DNA from: Verrucomicrobiia bacterium | GTDB taxonomy: Bacteria > Verrucomicrobiota > Verrucomicrobiia > Limisphaerales > UBA11358 | Length of the DNA: 53,200 nt | Assembly (NCBI GenBank): GCA_036511615.1 | Contig: DATCBW010000116.1 | Location: 1-53,200, forward strand | Reading direction: 5' to 3' | Shown here: one piece after another, positions 15,683 to 24,670 of the stretch | How the letters are laid out: the number at the start of each line of letters is the position of its first letter | How positions within the stretch are numbered: the stretch's first letter is position 1 | The notes under the pieces: generated by a model | What the model was told of the DNA's origin: nothing | Databases searched by the model: none | Seen by the model: only the letters and a program-made list of their open reading frames with translations | Position numbers and translations under genes: made by a program

Positions 15683-18600
15683 AATCCGACCTTTACCCAC
15701 GGCTTTACTTGTGGCTGGCGGCGCGGCGACGCGCGGTGCTGATCACGGCGTTGATGCTGGCGCTCGGCAGTATCGCCATCTCGTCGCGCATCGGGCTGGA
15801 GGAGGACATTCTCGGCATTTTGCCGAAGAACGATCAGCTCGTTGACGATTACAAATACACGCTCAAAAAATTCGGCCAGATTGACCGTGTCTATATTGAC
15901 GTGGGCGTGACGAACGCGAGTTCTGAAAATCTTGGCCGCGCGGCGGACGAATTCTACGACGCGCTGGCAACCAACGAACTTTTCGCGCACATCACTTACC
16001 GCATTGAACTCGGCAACCAGGCGCAGACCGTCGGCCTGCTCACCGGTTCGCTGCCCAATTTGTTCACCGAGGACGACGCGAAAGAACTCGCGCCGAAACT
16101 GGAAACAAATTCCGTCCGTGAGTATTTGACGGCGATGCGGCGCAAGCTCGCCGGGCCGGAGGGAATGGTTTTGAAGGACGTGGTCGCCGCCGACCCCATC
16201 GGGATGAGCGGACTGGTGCTGCCGAAAGTCCTGCCGTTGCAGACCGGTTTTGGCGGCGCGCACATCGAGGACGGACGATTGACGAGCAGCAACGGCGTTC
16301 ATGTCCTGATGGTCGCCGAACCGAAATTTCATTCGGCGGACACCAAACACGATGCCGTCATTGTCGGCGAAATGCTCCGCGCGGCGGACGAAGTGGAAAC
16401 GAATTTCCCCGGCACGCACGTCGCCATCACCGGCGGACTCCGCATGGCGCTCGACAATTCGACGCTGATCTGGCACGACTCGATCCGCTGCTTCGTCATC
16501 GCCTTCACCGCGATGTTCATTCTCTGTTTCACCGCGTATCGCCGGCGCTGGCTGGCCGTGGTGACGTTTTTGCCGTCGCTGTTCGGCACGCTCGTCGCGG
16601 GCGCGGTCGTGGCGCTCGTGGACCAGCACGTTTCCGCGATCGCCATCGGCCTGGCGAGCATGGCGCTCGGCATCACGGTGGACTACGGCATCTACGTCGT
16701 CTATCACCTCGACAACGCCGCGACCGACCGGAACTCCGCCGGCAAAATCGTTGCGCGGCTCGTGCTGCCGACAATCATCGGCGCGATGACGATCATTGCC
16801 GCATTTGTCGTGCTGTCGTTTTCTCCGATGACCGGCTACCAGCAACTGGGCATTTTCGGCGCGTTCGGCGTGCTGATGTCGGCGGCGTTCGCGCTGCTCG
16901 TCTTGCCGCTGATTGTTCCGCTGCCCAAGTCCAAGGAAATCCAGCCGCTGCGCTTCACAAGCTGGATGGACAATTTTCATGCGTGGCAAATTAAAAAACG
17001 CCCGCTGCTGCTGCTCGGCGTGGCGGTGCTGACGGTCGTCGCCATTTTCGGCGTGAAAAAACTCCGCTTCGAAGGCGACATCGCCAAGCTCAACGGCATC
17101 ACGGAAGCCACGCGCGCCGACGACAAATTGATCAGCGACACTTGGGGCGACGCGCTCGGCATGACGGTCATCGTCGCGCGCGGAAAATCAGCGGACGACG
17201 CGCTGGCTGAAAACGACCGCGCCGCCGCGCTGCTCGCGCAACAGACCAACGTGGCCGGAATTTATTCGCTCTCCGCCATCTGCCCGGCGCGCAGCACGCA
17301 GGAAGAAAACATCCGGCGCTGGGAAAATTTCTGGACGCCGGAACGAAGGGACAAATTACGCGTGACGATAGAGCAGGTCGGCGGCGAACTTGGTTTTCGC
17401 ACAAACGCCTTCGCACCGTTTTGGGCAACCATCGAAAAAAACCCGGAACTGCTGACGCTCGACCGTTTTCGCGGCACGCCGCTCGAACAGGCGCTGAACG
17501 AACGCGTCGCTGTCGGCACGAACGACGTCGCCATCAGCACGCTCGTCAAACTGAAGGATCGTTCGCTGGCCGGGAAATTGCGTGACGCACTGCCGGGACT
17601 GATTGTGATTGACCAGAAAAATTTTGCCGAGCACATCGCCGCGCTGGCAAAAAACAACATGGGATTTTTTGCGCTGTGGACGGCCGTTGTCGTCGGCGTG
17701 ATCGCCTATTTCGCGCTGGCTTCAATTGAAGTCGTCATCGCCACGTTGCTGCCGATTGGTTTTGGGCTTTTGTGGACGCTTGGTTTGATGGGCTTGTTCG
17801 GTCTGCCAATCAACGTGATGAACTGCGTTTTTGTCATCTTTGTCATCGGCATGGGCGAGGATTACAGCGTGTTTCTGGCGACGAGCAAACTGGACGTGTG
17901 GCGCGGGCATCCGCCGCGCATCGCGCCGACGAGCGCGTCGGTTTTGATTTCGGCGGGGACGACGATTTTCGGTTTCGCCGTGCTGGCGTTCGCCAAACAT
18001 CCGGTTTTGTTTTCAATGGGCACGACGGTTTTGCTCGGCATGGTCAGTGCGTTCGCGGCAACGCTCGTCATCACGCCCGCGTGCATGGATTTCCTGCTGT
18101 GGCGCAAACCGCCGACCGGCGCGCCGCGCTGGTGGCATCTGCTGGGCAGCGTCTGGTGTGGACTTTATTTGCTGGTGAGCCAGTCTTTCGTGTTCGGGCC
18201 GCTGCGGCTGGCATTCAAAATCTTTGCTCCCGCCACCGCCGACCGCCGGCTGCGGCGGGCGTCACAACTGGCCATGAGCGGACTGGTCAAGACGTTTCCG
18301 CTGGGCAAAATCGAGTATCAAAATTTTTCGGCTGAAACGCTGGCGCGTCCGGCCATCATCATCAGCAATCACCAGTCCGCGCCGGACGTGCTGATCGCGT
18401 TCATCATTTCCAGCGAACTGGCCATGACGGTGAAACGCCGCGTCTATGATGCCCCCTTTCTCGGTGTCGCCTGCAAATGCCTCAAGCACGTCGTCGTGGA
18501 CGCCAACGAACCGGAAACCACGTTGCAGGAATGTCGCCAACGATTGGACGCGGGACTGTCGCTCCATTTCTTTGTGGAAGGCACGCGCTCGACTGACGGT

Positions 18601-19515
18601 TTCGTGCAACGCTTCCGCCGCGGCGCGTTCGAACTGGCGGTGGAATTGCAGCGCGACATTCTGCCGGTCGTCCTCTGCGACACCAACACCGCCATGCCGC
18701 GTGACGCCTGGTGGTTTGAGGCGGGCCACGCCACCGTCCGCGCGCTGCCGCGAATCACGCCGCAAAATTTCGATTATTCGCTCGGCGCCACCGCGCTGAT
18801 GCGCCACTGCGAAAAGATCGTCCGCGACTCGCACCAGCGGCAGCTCGACGAACTTAACACGCCGCGCACGTTGCGGCGCAAGGTGGAACGGCTTTACCGC
18901 TATCAAGGACCCTATGCCGAACAGCTTGCGCACTGGAAATTGAAGTTCGATCCGGTTTTCCATCCGCTCGACAAATTTGTGCCGCGCAGTGGATTCATCC
19001 TCGACCTCGGCTGCGGCTTTGGATTTGCCACGCACTGGCTCGCGCAAGGCACCGACCAGCGGACGTTTCTCGGCGTGGATTACGACGAAAATAAAATCCG
19101 CACCGCCCGGCAGACCGCGCAGGACCATCCACGCATCGAATTCCGATACGGCGACATTCTTGAAATGGAATATCCGCCGTGCGACGCAATTTTGCTCCTC
19201 GACGTGTTGCATTACTGGACGCCGGGAAAACAGCAGTTGATTCTGGACAAAGCGCGCCGCGCGTTGCGTCCCGGCGGAAAATTGATTTTGCGCGATGCCG
19301 CAAAAGCCGAAAGCGGCGCGCACCAGCACGTTCACCGCTGGGAAAAATTCGCGACGACGTTCGGCCTGAACCAGACGCGCGAAGGGCTGCATTTCCGGAC
19401 GCTGAACGAACTGGTCGACGCACTGAAACACGCCGGGTTCACGGACTGGCAGGTCATTCGCAATGCCGGACGCGGCTCCAACGTGATGTTGGTCGCCACG
19501 TTTGCGGCGGTTTGA
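15679..19515 (+). CDS. tri-domain fusion: MMPL/RND-like exporter, LPLAT (PlsC-type) acyltransferase and class I SAM methyltransferase
   Basis: The ATG at 15679 overlaps the upstream stop (ATGA), giving 1278 aa. Up to about 18120 there are two 5-6 TM bundles with large loops, exporter-like. It is followed by NHQSAPD (HX4D, 18367-18387) and FVEGTRS. The final part carries LDLGCGFG (from about 19000), ..LLLDVLHY.. and ..PGGKLILRD. Confidence 0.8.
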   Translation: MKSDLYPRLYLWLAARRRAVLITALMLALGSIAISSRIGLEEDILGILPKNDQLVDDYKYTLKKFGQIDRVYIDVGVTNASSENLGRAADEFYDALATNELFAHITYRIELGNQAQTVGLLTGSLPNLFTEDDAKELAPKLETNSVREYLTAMRRKLAGPEGMVLKDVVAADPIGMSGLVLPKVLPLQTGFGGAHIEDGRLTSSNGVHVLMVAEPKFHSADTKHDAVIVGEMLRAADEVETNFPGTHVAITGGLRMALDNSTLIWHDSIRCFVIAFTAMFILCFTAYRRRWLAVVTFLPSLFGTLVAGAVVALVDQHVSAIAIGLASMALGITVDYGIYVVYHLDNAATDRNSAGKIVARLVLPTIIGAMTIIAAFVVLSFSPMTGYQQLGIFGAFGVLMSAAFALLVLPLIVPLPKSKEIQPLRFTSWMDNFHAWQIKKRPLLLLGVAVLTVVAIFGVKKLRFEGDIAKLNGITEATRADDKLISDTWGDALGMTVIVARGKSADDALAENDRAAALLAQQTNVAGIYSLSAICPARSTQEENIRRWENFWTPERRDKLRVTIEQVGGELGFRTNAFAPFWATIEKNPELLTLDRFRGTPLEQALNERVAVGTNDVAISTLVKLKDRSLAGKLRDALPGLIVIDQKNFAEHIAALAKNNMGFFALWTAVVVGVIAYFALASIEVVIATLLPIGFGLLWTLGLMGLFGLPINVMNCVFVIFVIGMGEDYSVFLATSKLDVWRGHPPRIAPTSASVLISAGTTIFGFAVLAFAKHPVLFSMGTTVLLGMVSAFAATLVITPACMDFLLWRKPPTGAPRWWHLLGSVWCGLYLLVSQSFVFGPLRLAFKIFAPATADRRLRRASQLAMSGLVKTFPLGKIEYQNFSAETLARPAIIISNHQSAPDVLIAFIISSELAMTVKRRVYDAPFLGVACKCLKHVVVDANEPETTLQECRQRLDAGLSLHFFVEGTRSTDGFVQRFRRGAFELAVELQRDILPVVLCDTNTAMPRDAWWFEAGHATVRALPRITPQNFDYSLGATALMRHCEKIVRDSHQRQLDELNTPRTLRRKVERLYRYQGPYAEQLAHWKLKFDPVFHPLDKFVPRSGFILDLGCGFGFATHWLAQGTDQRTFLGVDYDENKIRTARQTAQDHPRIEFRYGDILEMEYPPCDAILLLDVLHYWTPGKQQLILDKARRALRPGGKLILRDAAKAESGAHQHVHRWEKFATTFGLNQTREGLHFRTLNELVDALKHAGFTDWQVIRNAGRGSNVMLVATFAAV

Positions 19516-19558
19516 AATTGTTTTCCAAAAATCCGCGCGCTAACTTCTCATCACAAAA

Positions 19559-20806
19559 ATGAAGGCTGGAAAAATTCAGACCGTCGCCATCCTCGGCGGC
19601 GGACCGGCGGCCAGCACGCTCGCGACCCTGTTGGCGCGGAAAAAAATCCGCGTCGCGCTTTATCATCTGCCCAAACGCGCGCCCATCATCGTTGGTGAGT
19701 CGCTCGTGCCCGCCGTCATTCCACTGTTGCAAATGCTCGGCGTCGAGGACGAAATCCGCGCTTACAGCATGTTCAAGCCCGGTGCGACTTTTAACATCTG
19801 CGAAGGGGAAAATTATTCATTTTTATTCAAAGAACTCATCGGCACGACCCGTTACGCCTACAATGTGCCGCGCGATAAATTTGACGACACGCTGCTGAAC
19901 ACCGCGCGCAAAGCCGGCGCGAAAATCATCGAGGCTGCCGCGAATGTCGAACGCATTCCCGGCACGGACACGGTGAAATTGAGCGACGAATCGCTCGCCG
20001 CCGCCGCCGATTTTTTCAATGGCCAGCCCGACTTGATCGTGGACGCGACGGGCCGCGTGCGGCTGCTGCCCAAACTTTTTGGCATTCCCGCACAGGAAGG
20101 CCGGCGCAAGGACACCGCGCTCTTTGCGCACGTTGACCACACCCAATTCGGCCATAAAGGCCATGTCCACAGCACGTTGCTTGACCACGGCTGGAGCTGG
20201 CGGATTCCACTGCCAGGAAAAGTTTCCGTCGGTGTCGTCATCGGCACGGAACATCTGGCGAAATTCGGTGCGACGAAAGAAGAACGCTTCGACAATTTGC
20301 TCAAGCAAGATTCCGTTATGGCCAAGATCGCTGGTGACGCGAAACGCCTGACGCCGGTGATGGAATACATGAATTACCAGCTCGTCTCGGAACGCATGGT
20401 CGGCGGCAACTGGGCGCTCGTCGGCGACTCGGCGGGTTTCATTGACCCGGTGCTTTCCAGCGGCCTGTTCATCGGCATGTTCGGCGCGACGCTGCTGGCG
20501 GAGGCGATTGAAAAAAACACGTCCGAGGCGTTCCGCGCCTACGAAACGGAGATCAAACACCACCTCACCTGCTGGCACGAGATCGTGGATTATTTTTACA
20601 ACGGACGGCTGTTCACGTTTTTCCGCGCCGGCGAGGCGTTGCGCGACAAATGGATCATGAAACTGACGCGCCCGCACATCGCCAAGCACCTGGGCCGCGT
20701 GTTCAGCGGCGCGGCCTCCACGTCGGCCTACAGTCTCGGCCTGCTGCGGTTTGGGATGAAATACTGCATGCGCGACGACGACCCGCGCGACATGGCCGTG
20801 CGGTGA
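19559..20806 (+). CDS. flavin-dependent halogenase (paralog 2)
   Basis: 415 aa. Motifs: ILGGGPAAS, PKRAPIIVGESLVP and WSWRIP (20192-20209). By hand alignment it shares about three quarters of its first 80 residues with the 10206..11456 product. Confidence 0.7.
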   Translation: MKAGKIQTVAILGGGPAASTLATLLARKKIRVALYHLPKRAPIIVGESLVPAVIPLLQMLGVEDEIRAYSMFKPGATFNICEGENYSFLFKELIGTTRYAYNVPRDKFDDTLLNTARKAGAKIIEAAANVERIPGTDTVKLSDESLAAAADFFNGQPDLIVDATGRVRLLPKLFGIPAQEGRRKDTALFAHVDHTQFGHKGHVHSTLLDHGWSWRIPLPGKVSVGVVIGTEHLAKFGATKEERFDNLLKQDSVMAKIAGDAKRLTPVMEYMNYQLVSERMVGGNWALVGDSAGFIDPVLSSGLFIGMFGATLLAEAIEKNTSEAFRAYETEIKHHLTCWHEIVDYFYNGRLFTFFRAGEALRDKWIMKLTRPHIAKHLGRVFSGAASTSAYSLGLLRFGMKYCMRDDDPRDMAVR

Positions 20807-20867
20807 AAATAGGATGGCGGCAGCAAACCGCCTGTGGGAAAATTTTCAGGCGGCATCATCAAATGAC

Positions 20868-20896
20868 TTCCATATTCATTGCAGCCACGGTATAAT
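20868..20896 (+). promoter_or_regulatory. possible promoter TTCCAT-N17-TATAAT upstream of the desaturase gene
   Basis: ttccat lies at 20868-20873 and tataat at 20891-20896, 21 nt before the ATG at 20918. This is pattern match only. Confidence 0.3.
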
Positions 20897-20917
20897 AATT
20901 TTGTCATTAAAATACGC

Positions 20918-21898
20918 ATGAAGAACCCCCACGCGCTCATTCTGGAAACCAAGCCGTTTGCCAGGGATTTTTACTGGAAAAGCTGGTGGGTGATTCTGTC
21001 CACCGCCTTTCTGCTGGCGGCCGCCACTGGCGGGACGCTGTTTCATTTCCCGCTGCCCGTCAGGCTGGCGTGCAGTTTGATGGCCGGGCTGTTGAGCCTC
21101 CGGCTGTTCGTGATTTACCATGATCAACAGCACCATGCCATTTTGCCCAGGTCCCGACTCGCCGAATTTCTAATGCGGATGTTTGGACTCTGGGCTTTGA
21201 GTCCCAGCAGCATCTGGCGCAGTTCCCACGACCATCATCACAAGCACAATTCCAAGCTGCGCGGCGCGCACATCGGCTCCTTTCCGATCATGACCAAGGA
21301 TCAATATTTGAACTGCTCCAAAGCGGACCGCCGTTATTACCTGTTCACGCGCCATCCGCTGACGATTCTGTTCGGCTATTTCTCCGTCTTCCTTTATGGC
21401 ATGGTCATCCGCCCGTTCGTCAATTCCCCAAGGGAGCACTTTGATTGCCTGCTCGCGTTCACCCTGCACATCGTGACGGCACTGGCCCTGTATTTTTTCT
21501 TTGGGTGGCTGGCGGTGGTGCTGGCGCTGCTGGCGCCGGTTTTCATCGGTTCCGCCATCGGCAGTTATCTTTTTTACGCCCAGCACAATTTTCCCGGCGT
21601 CAGCTTCAAGGACAAGGCCGGCTGGACCTACGAAAAAGCCGCGATGGAATCATCCAGCTACATCAAGACCGGCCCGATCATGGCCTGGTTCTCCGCCAAC
21701 ATCGGCTACCATCACATCCATCATTTGAACGCCCGCGTTCCGTTCTACCGGCTGCCGGAAGTCTTCCGGGCCATTCCGGAATTGCAAAAGCCCAAAATCA
21801 CCTCGCTGCATCCGAGGGACATCTTCCGCTGCCTGCGCCTCAAAGTCTGGGACGTGGAATCGCAACGCATGATCGGCCTCCGCAACCTCAAGCCCTGA
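20918..21898 (+). CDS. membrane fatty-acid desaturase family protein
   Basis: It has three histidine boxes (HDQQHH, HDHHHKH, HHIHH) separated by TM segments. I prefer the start at 20918, because the 20879 start would include the TATAAT box. Confidence 0.8.
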   Translation: MKNPHALILETKPFARDFYWKSWWVILSTAFLLAAATGGTLFHFPLPVRLACSLMAGLLSLRLFVIYHDQQHHAILPRSRLAEFLMRMFGLWALSPSSIWRSSHDHHHKHNSKLRGAHIGSFPIMTKDQYLNCSKADRRYYLFTRHPLTILFGYFSVFLYGMVIRPFVNSPREHFDCLLAFTLHIVTALALYFFFGWLAVVLALLAPVFIGSAIGSYLFYAQHNFPGVSFKDKAGWTYEKAAMESSSYIKTGPIMAWFSANIGYHHIHHLNARVPFYRLPEVFRAIPELQKPKITSLHPRDIFRCLRLKVWDVESQRMIGLRNLKP

Positions 21899-21915
21899 AC
21901 CGCGGATCGCAAAAA

Positions 21916-22617
21916 TCACCCGCGCTGCGGCACGGGATTCAACTGCGCGGCCGGTTGCCTGGTGCCAGCCTCTAAAATTTTCTGGCGCACAAATCCGGTG
22001 AATTCATCGCGCGCCAGGTGCAGATAATTTTCCGGCGGAATCGGGTCGCCAAAATGAACCTCGATTTTCCGCAGCCCGCCCACTGGATGAAACCGCCCCG
22101 CTTTCGTGGAAACCAACTGCATATTTTCGATGAAGACCGGCACGATGGGCGCGTGTGATTCCTGCGCGACGTAAAAAATTCCCGGCTGACATTCCGCCAC
22201 GTCCATGCCGTTGCCGCGCGTGCCTTCGGGAAAAACGATGAGATGAAATTTGTTGATCTGGCGCGCGTAGGCCTGCAGTTCGCGGATGCGGCCCGGATTC
22301 AACCGGCCGCGTTCCAGCAGAAACCCGATCGGCCCGCTCAACGCGCGTTTGATCCACGACGTGCGCCAGATATTTTTGTCGCCCAGCACAAGAATCGGAT
22401 AACACCCCGCGCGCCAGCACAGGCCGCCGATCAAAATCGTGTCGAGCAGGCTGACATGGTTGCAGGCGAATAAATACCGCTGGCGCGGATCCAGCTTGTC
22501 CGTGCCGTGCGTCCGGCGCAGATACGTGGCGGCAAAACCCGCGTAGGCCGACAGGCCCATCAAAGCCTGCGTCAGCTTCAACTTCCGCGAAACCTGGTTT
22601 CCTTCCGGTTGTTCCAT
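21916..22617 (-). CDS. 1-acyl-sn-glycerol-3-phosphate acyltransferase-like (PlsC/LPLAT family)
   Basis: It has the HX4D motif CNHVSLLDT and the FPEGTRG motif. Confidence 0.8.
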   Translation of the reverse strand: MEQPEGNQVSRKLKLTQALMGLSAYAGFAATYLRRTHGTDKLDPRQRYLFACNHVSLLDTILIGGLCWRAGCYPILVLGDKNIWRTSWIKRALSGPIGFLLERGRLNPGRIRELQAYARQINKFHLIVFPEGTRGNGMDVAECQPGIFYVAQESHAPIVPVFIENMQLVSTKAGRFHPVGGLRKIEVHFGDPIPPENYLHLARDEFTGFVRQKILEAGTRQPAAQLNPVPQRG

Positions 22618-22637
22618 GATTCAAAATGGCCGCAATG

Positions 22638-24308
22638 CTAGTTCGCGCCCTTGGCCTGGCGCAACAAATCTTCCAGTTCCTGTTTTTCCTTCAAAAATGC
22701 CGGCTGTTCCGACAACGCCTTTTCAAAAGCCTTTGCCGCCTCTTCGCGTTTCCCCAACGCGAGCAACGCACGTCCCTGCAAAAATGAATTCTGATAAAAC
22801 CCCGGATTCAGCGCTTCTGCTTTCTTGGCAAAAACCAGCCCGGCCTGCGCGTCCTGGTTTTTCAACGCGCGCAGGCCATCGGCCAGGAATTGCTGCGCCT
22901 GCCGCGTGCGCTCATATTCGCCATCCGCGAGCACCGGATCAGCGGGTATGGTCAAGGCAGGCAGCTCCTGCGAGAAATCATTGACGTCGAACGCGACGAA
23001 TTTGCCGAGCTGGTTCGGCGGCGACGCAGCCCAGAAAATTCCCGCCGTCAAATCCATCACCACCGCGTGCGTGGCGATGAACGCGTCCAGCGAACCGCGA
23101 TGGCCGTCGCCCGCAAAAGCGCCGCCCGGCAGATCGCGGTCGCGCAAAATGGCCGCCGCGTTCGTGGCGTTGATGGTGCCGTCATCCTGCTTGAGCAGTT
23201 CGAGCATCCGTTCTTCCCGCGAGACGGACGTGGCCTCGGACATGTAATTCGTGTTGCGAACGTCGTCCTTGAGTCCCGGCGTCTCAAAATGGTTCGGGCA
23301 GACAATCGTGTCGCCTTCCGCCTCGCGCACATTGGTCGTCGTGGGCGTTTTTTCCACGACAACAAATTTCCCATCGGCGCGGCTGCCGATGAGCCAGATC
23401 GTGGAAACAAAAACTTTCGCGTCGCGCAGGATTTTCAGCGACTCGTCCAGGTTGTGCGCGTTCTGCAAAATCTCCCGCGCGACGATGGCCACCGGCGTCG
23501 CGATGTTGTTGGGCAGTTTGGACGGCGCGCCGTTGATGGTCACGGAAACGCCCGCGCGATTCATGCCCGAAACCACGCCGGCCATGCCCGCCCACGACAG
23601 CGAAATGAACGGAATCCCGCCGTCGGGTTCAAACATTTCCACGACGCGGTTGGTGCTGAAAACGTCGGCCGCTTCCCAGTCGAAATTCCGGCCGGTGATC
23701 AAGTGGCCGTTCCCCGTCGCGCCGCCCCACGCGCCGAACGCCGTGCAGCCCGCGCGGGCGTTGATGAACGGATTGTCAATCATCATGTAGGAAACGTCGT
23801 GCGCGGCGTGGTAGTTCAGCAGCCGGTTGTAAAAATTTCCCTCCTCGGGATGAATGTCCGGGCAGCCGAGCGTCGTCGCGTAAATTTCCAGCCGGTAGGC
23901 TTCGGGGATGTAGTCGCTCAAATGCCGGTTGCGCCACATGACGTAATTTTTCAATAGCTCCATCACCCAATGTTTCGGGACATAACCTTGGATCATCTTC
24001 ATGAACTCGTTTTCCAGCGTGTGCATTTTGTCCTGCATCAGCACGCCGTCCGCGTAACCGATTTCCAGCGGCGAACCTTTCAGATAAACAACGGTCAAAC
24101 CTTCGCGTTCACCCGTCCACGACTTGCCGAGCCACGTTTTTCCATCGCGCTTTTCCGGTTTCAATTTCAAAACCGACGTGTCCGCCGGCAGCGGCGGCGG
24201 TTTGGCGATGCTGTCATGCATCATCAAAACCGCCGCGAGCCAGCCCAGCAGCGCGAGCAAAATCGCGCCGAGCAGAATCCGCTTGAGCCATTTCTTGATT
24301 CGCTTCAC
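22638..24308 (-). CDS. peptidase C45 / acyl-CoA:6-aminopenicillanic-acid acyltransferase-like Ntn-hydrolase with N-terminal TM anchor and C-terminal TPR region
   Basis: A GTG at 24308 overlaps the upstream stop (GTGA). The TM segment is ILLGAILLALLGWLAAVLM. The candidate nucleophile context is ..NARAGCTAFGAWG.. The C-terminal helical repeats are ..ALKNQDAQAGLVFAKKAEALNPGFYQNSFLQGRALLALGKREEAAKAFEKAL.. Confidence 0.6.
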   Translation of the reverse strand: MKRIKKWLKRILLGAILLALLGWLAAVLMMHDSIAKPPPLPADTSVLKLKPEKRDGKTWLGKSWTGEREGLTVVYLKGSPLEIGYADGVLMQDKMHTLENEFMKMIQGYVPKHWVMELLKNYVMWRNRHLSDYIPEAYRLEIYATTLGCPDIHPEEGNFYNRLLNYHAAHDVSYMMIDNPFINARAGCTAFGAWGGATGNGHLITGRNFDWEAADVFSTNRVVEMFEPDGGIPFISLSWAGMAGVVSGMNRAGVSVTINGAPSKLPNNIATPVAIVAREILQNAHNLDESLKILRDAKVFVSTIWLIGSRADGKFVVVEKTPTTTNVREAEGDTIVCPNHFETPGLKDDVRNTNYMSEATSVSREERMLELLKQDDGTINATNAAAILRDRDLPGGAFAGDGHRGSLDAFIATHAVVMDLTAGIFWAASPPNQLGKFVAFDVNDFSQELPALTIPADPVLADGEYERTRQAQQFLADGLRALKNQDAQAGLVFAKKAEALNPGFYQNSFLQGRALLALGKREEAAKAFEKALSEQPAFLKEKQELEDLLRQAKGAN

Positions 24309-24670
24309 GACAGTTTCAACAAAGCTTCGCCCGCCGGTTGTCCGCCGCAAATGAAATTTGCCCGTGCGGAAACCACGCCATCGGCTTCGGCCAGTTTCAA
24401 ATTCAGTTTCAGGATTTCGCCGGGCAGAACTGGGCGTTGAAATTTCGCCTTGGCAATTTCCCGGACGGCCAGCGGACGGTTCTGCATCCATTCCGCCGCC
24501 ATGCGGGTAATTTCCAGTTGAAAGATGCCCGGCAGAATCGGGCGGTTCGGAAAATGGCCGGCAAACACCGGATCATCCGCGCTGAAATTGAATTCAAACC
24601 GGTTCGTTCCGTCGGGCTGCGGCGACGGCCCGGATTTTCGCGCGGCGGCAATGGAATCTCTCATCGTCAT
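24305..24670 (-). CDS. hotdog-fold 3-hydroxyacyl-ACP dehydratase (FabZ/ApeP-like)
   Basis: 121 aa with the motif FAGHFPNRPILPGIFQLE. Confidence 0.75.
   Translation of the reverse strand: MTMRDSIAAARKSGPSPQPDGTNRFEFNFSADDPVFAGHFPNRPILPGIFQLEITRMAAEWMQNRPLAVREIAKAKFQRPVLPGEILKLNLKLAEADGVVSARANFICGGQPAGEALLKLS

Noticed and set aside
15649-19431. Long minus-strand ORFs (15649..16989, 18262..19431) opposite the exporter-acyltransferase-methyltransferase gene
   Set aside because: These are antisense shadow frames of a high-GC gene. Their translations are Arg/His/Asp-rich with no recognisable domains, while the plus frame has coherent TM and catalytic motifs.
22004-22624. 206-aa alternative-frame minus ORF overlapping the PlsC-like gene
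   Set aside because: The 21916..22617 frame contains the HX4D and FPEGTRG acyltransferase motifs. The alternative frame is Arg/Ala/Gly-rich with no motifs.
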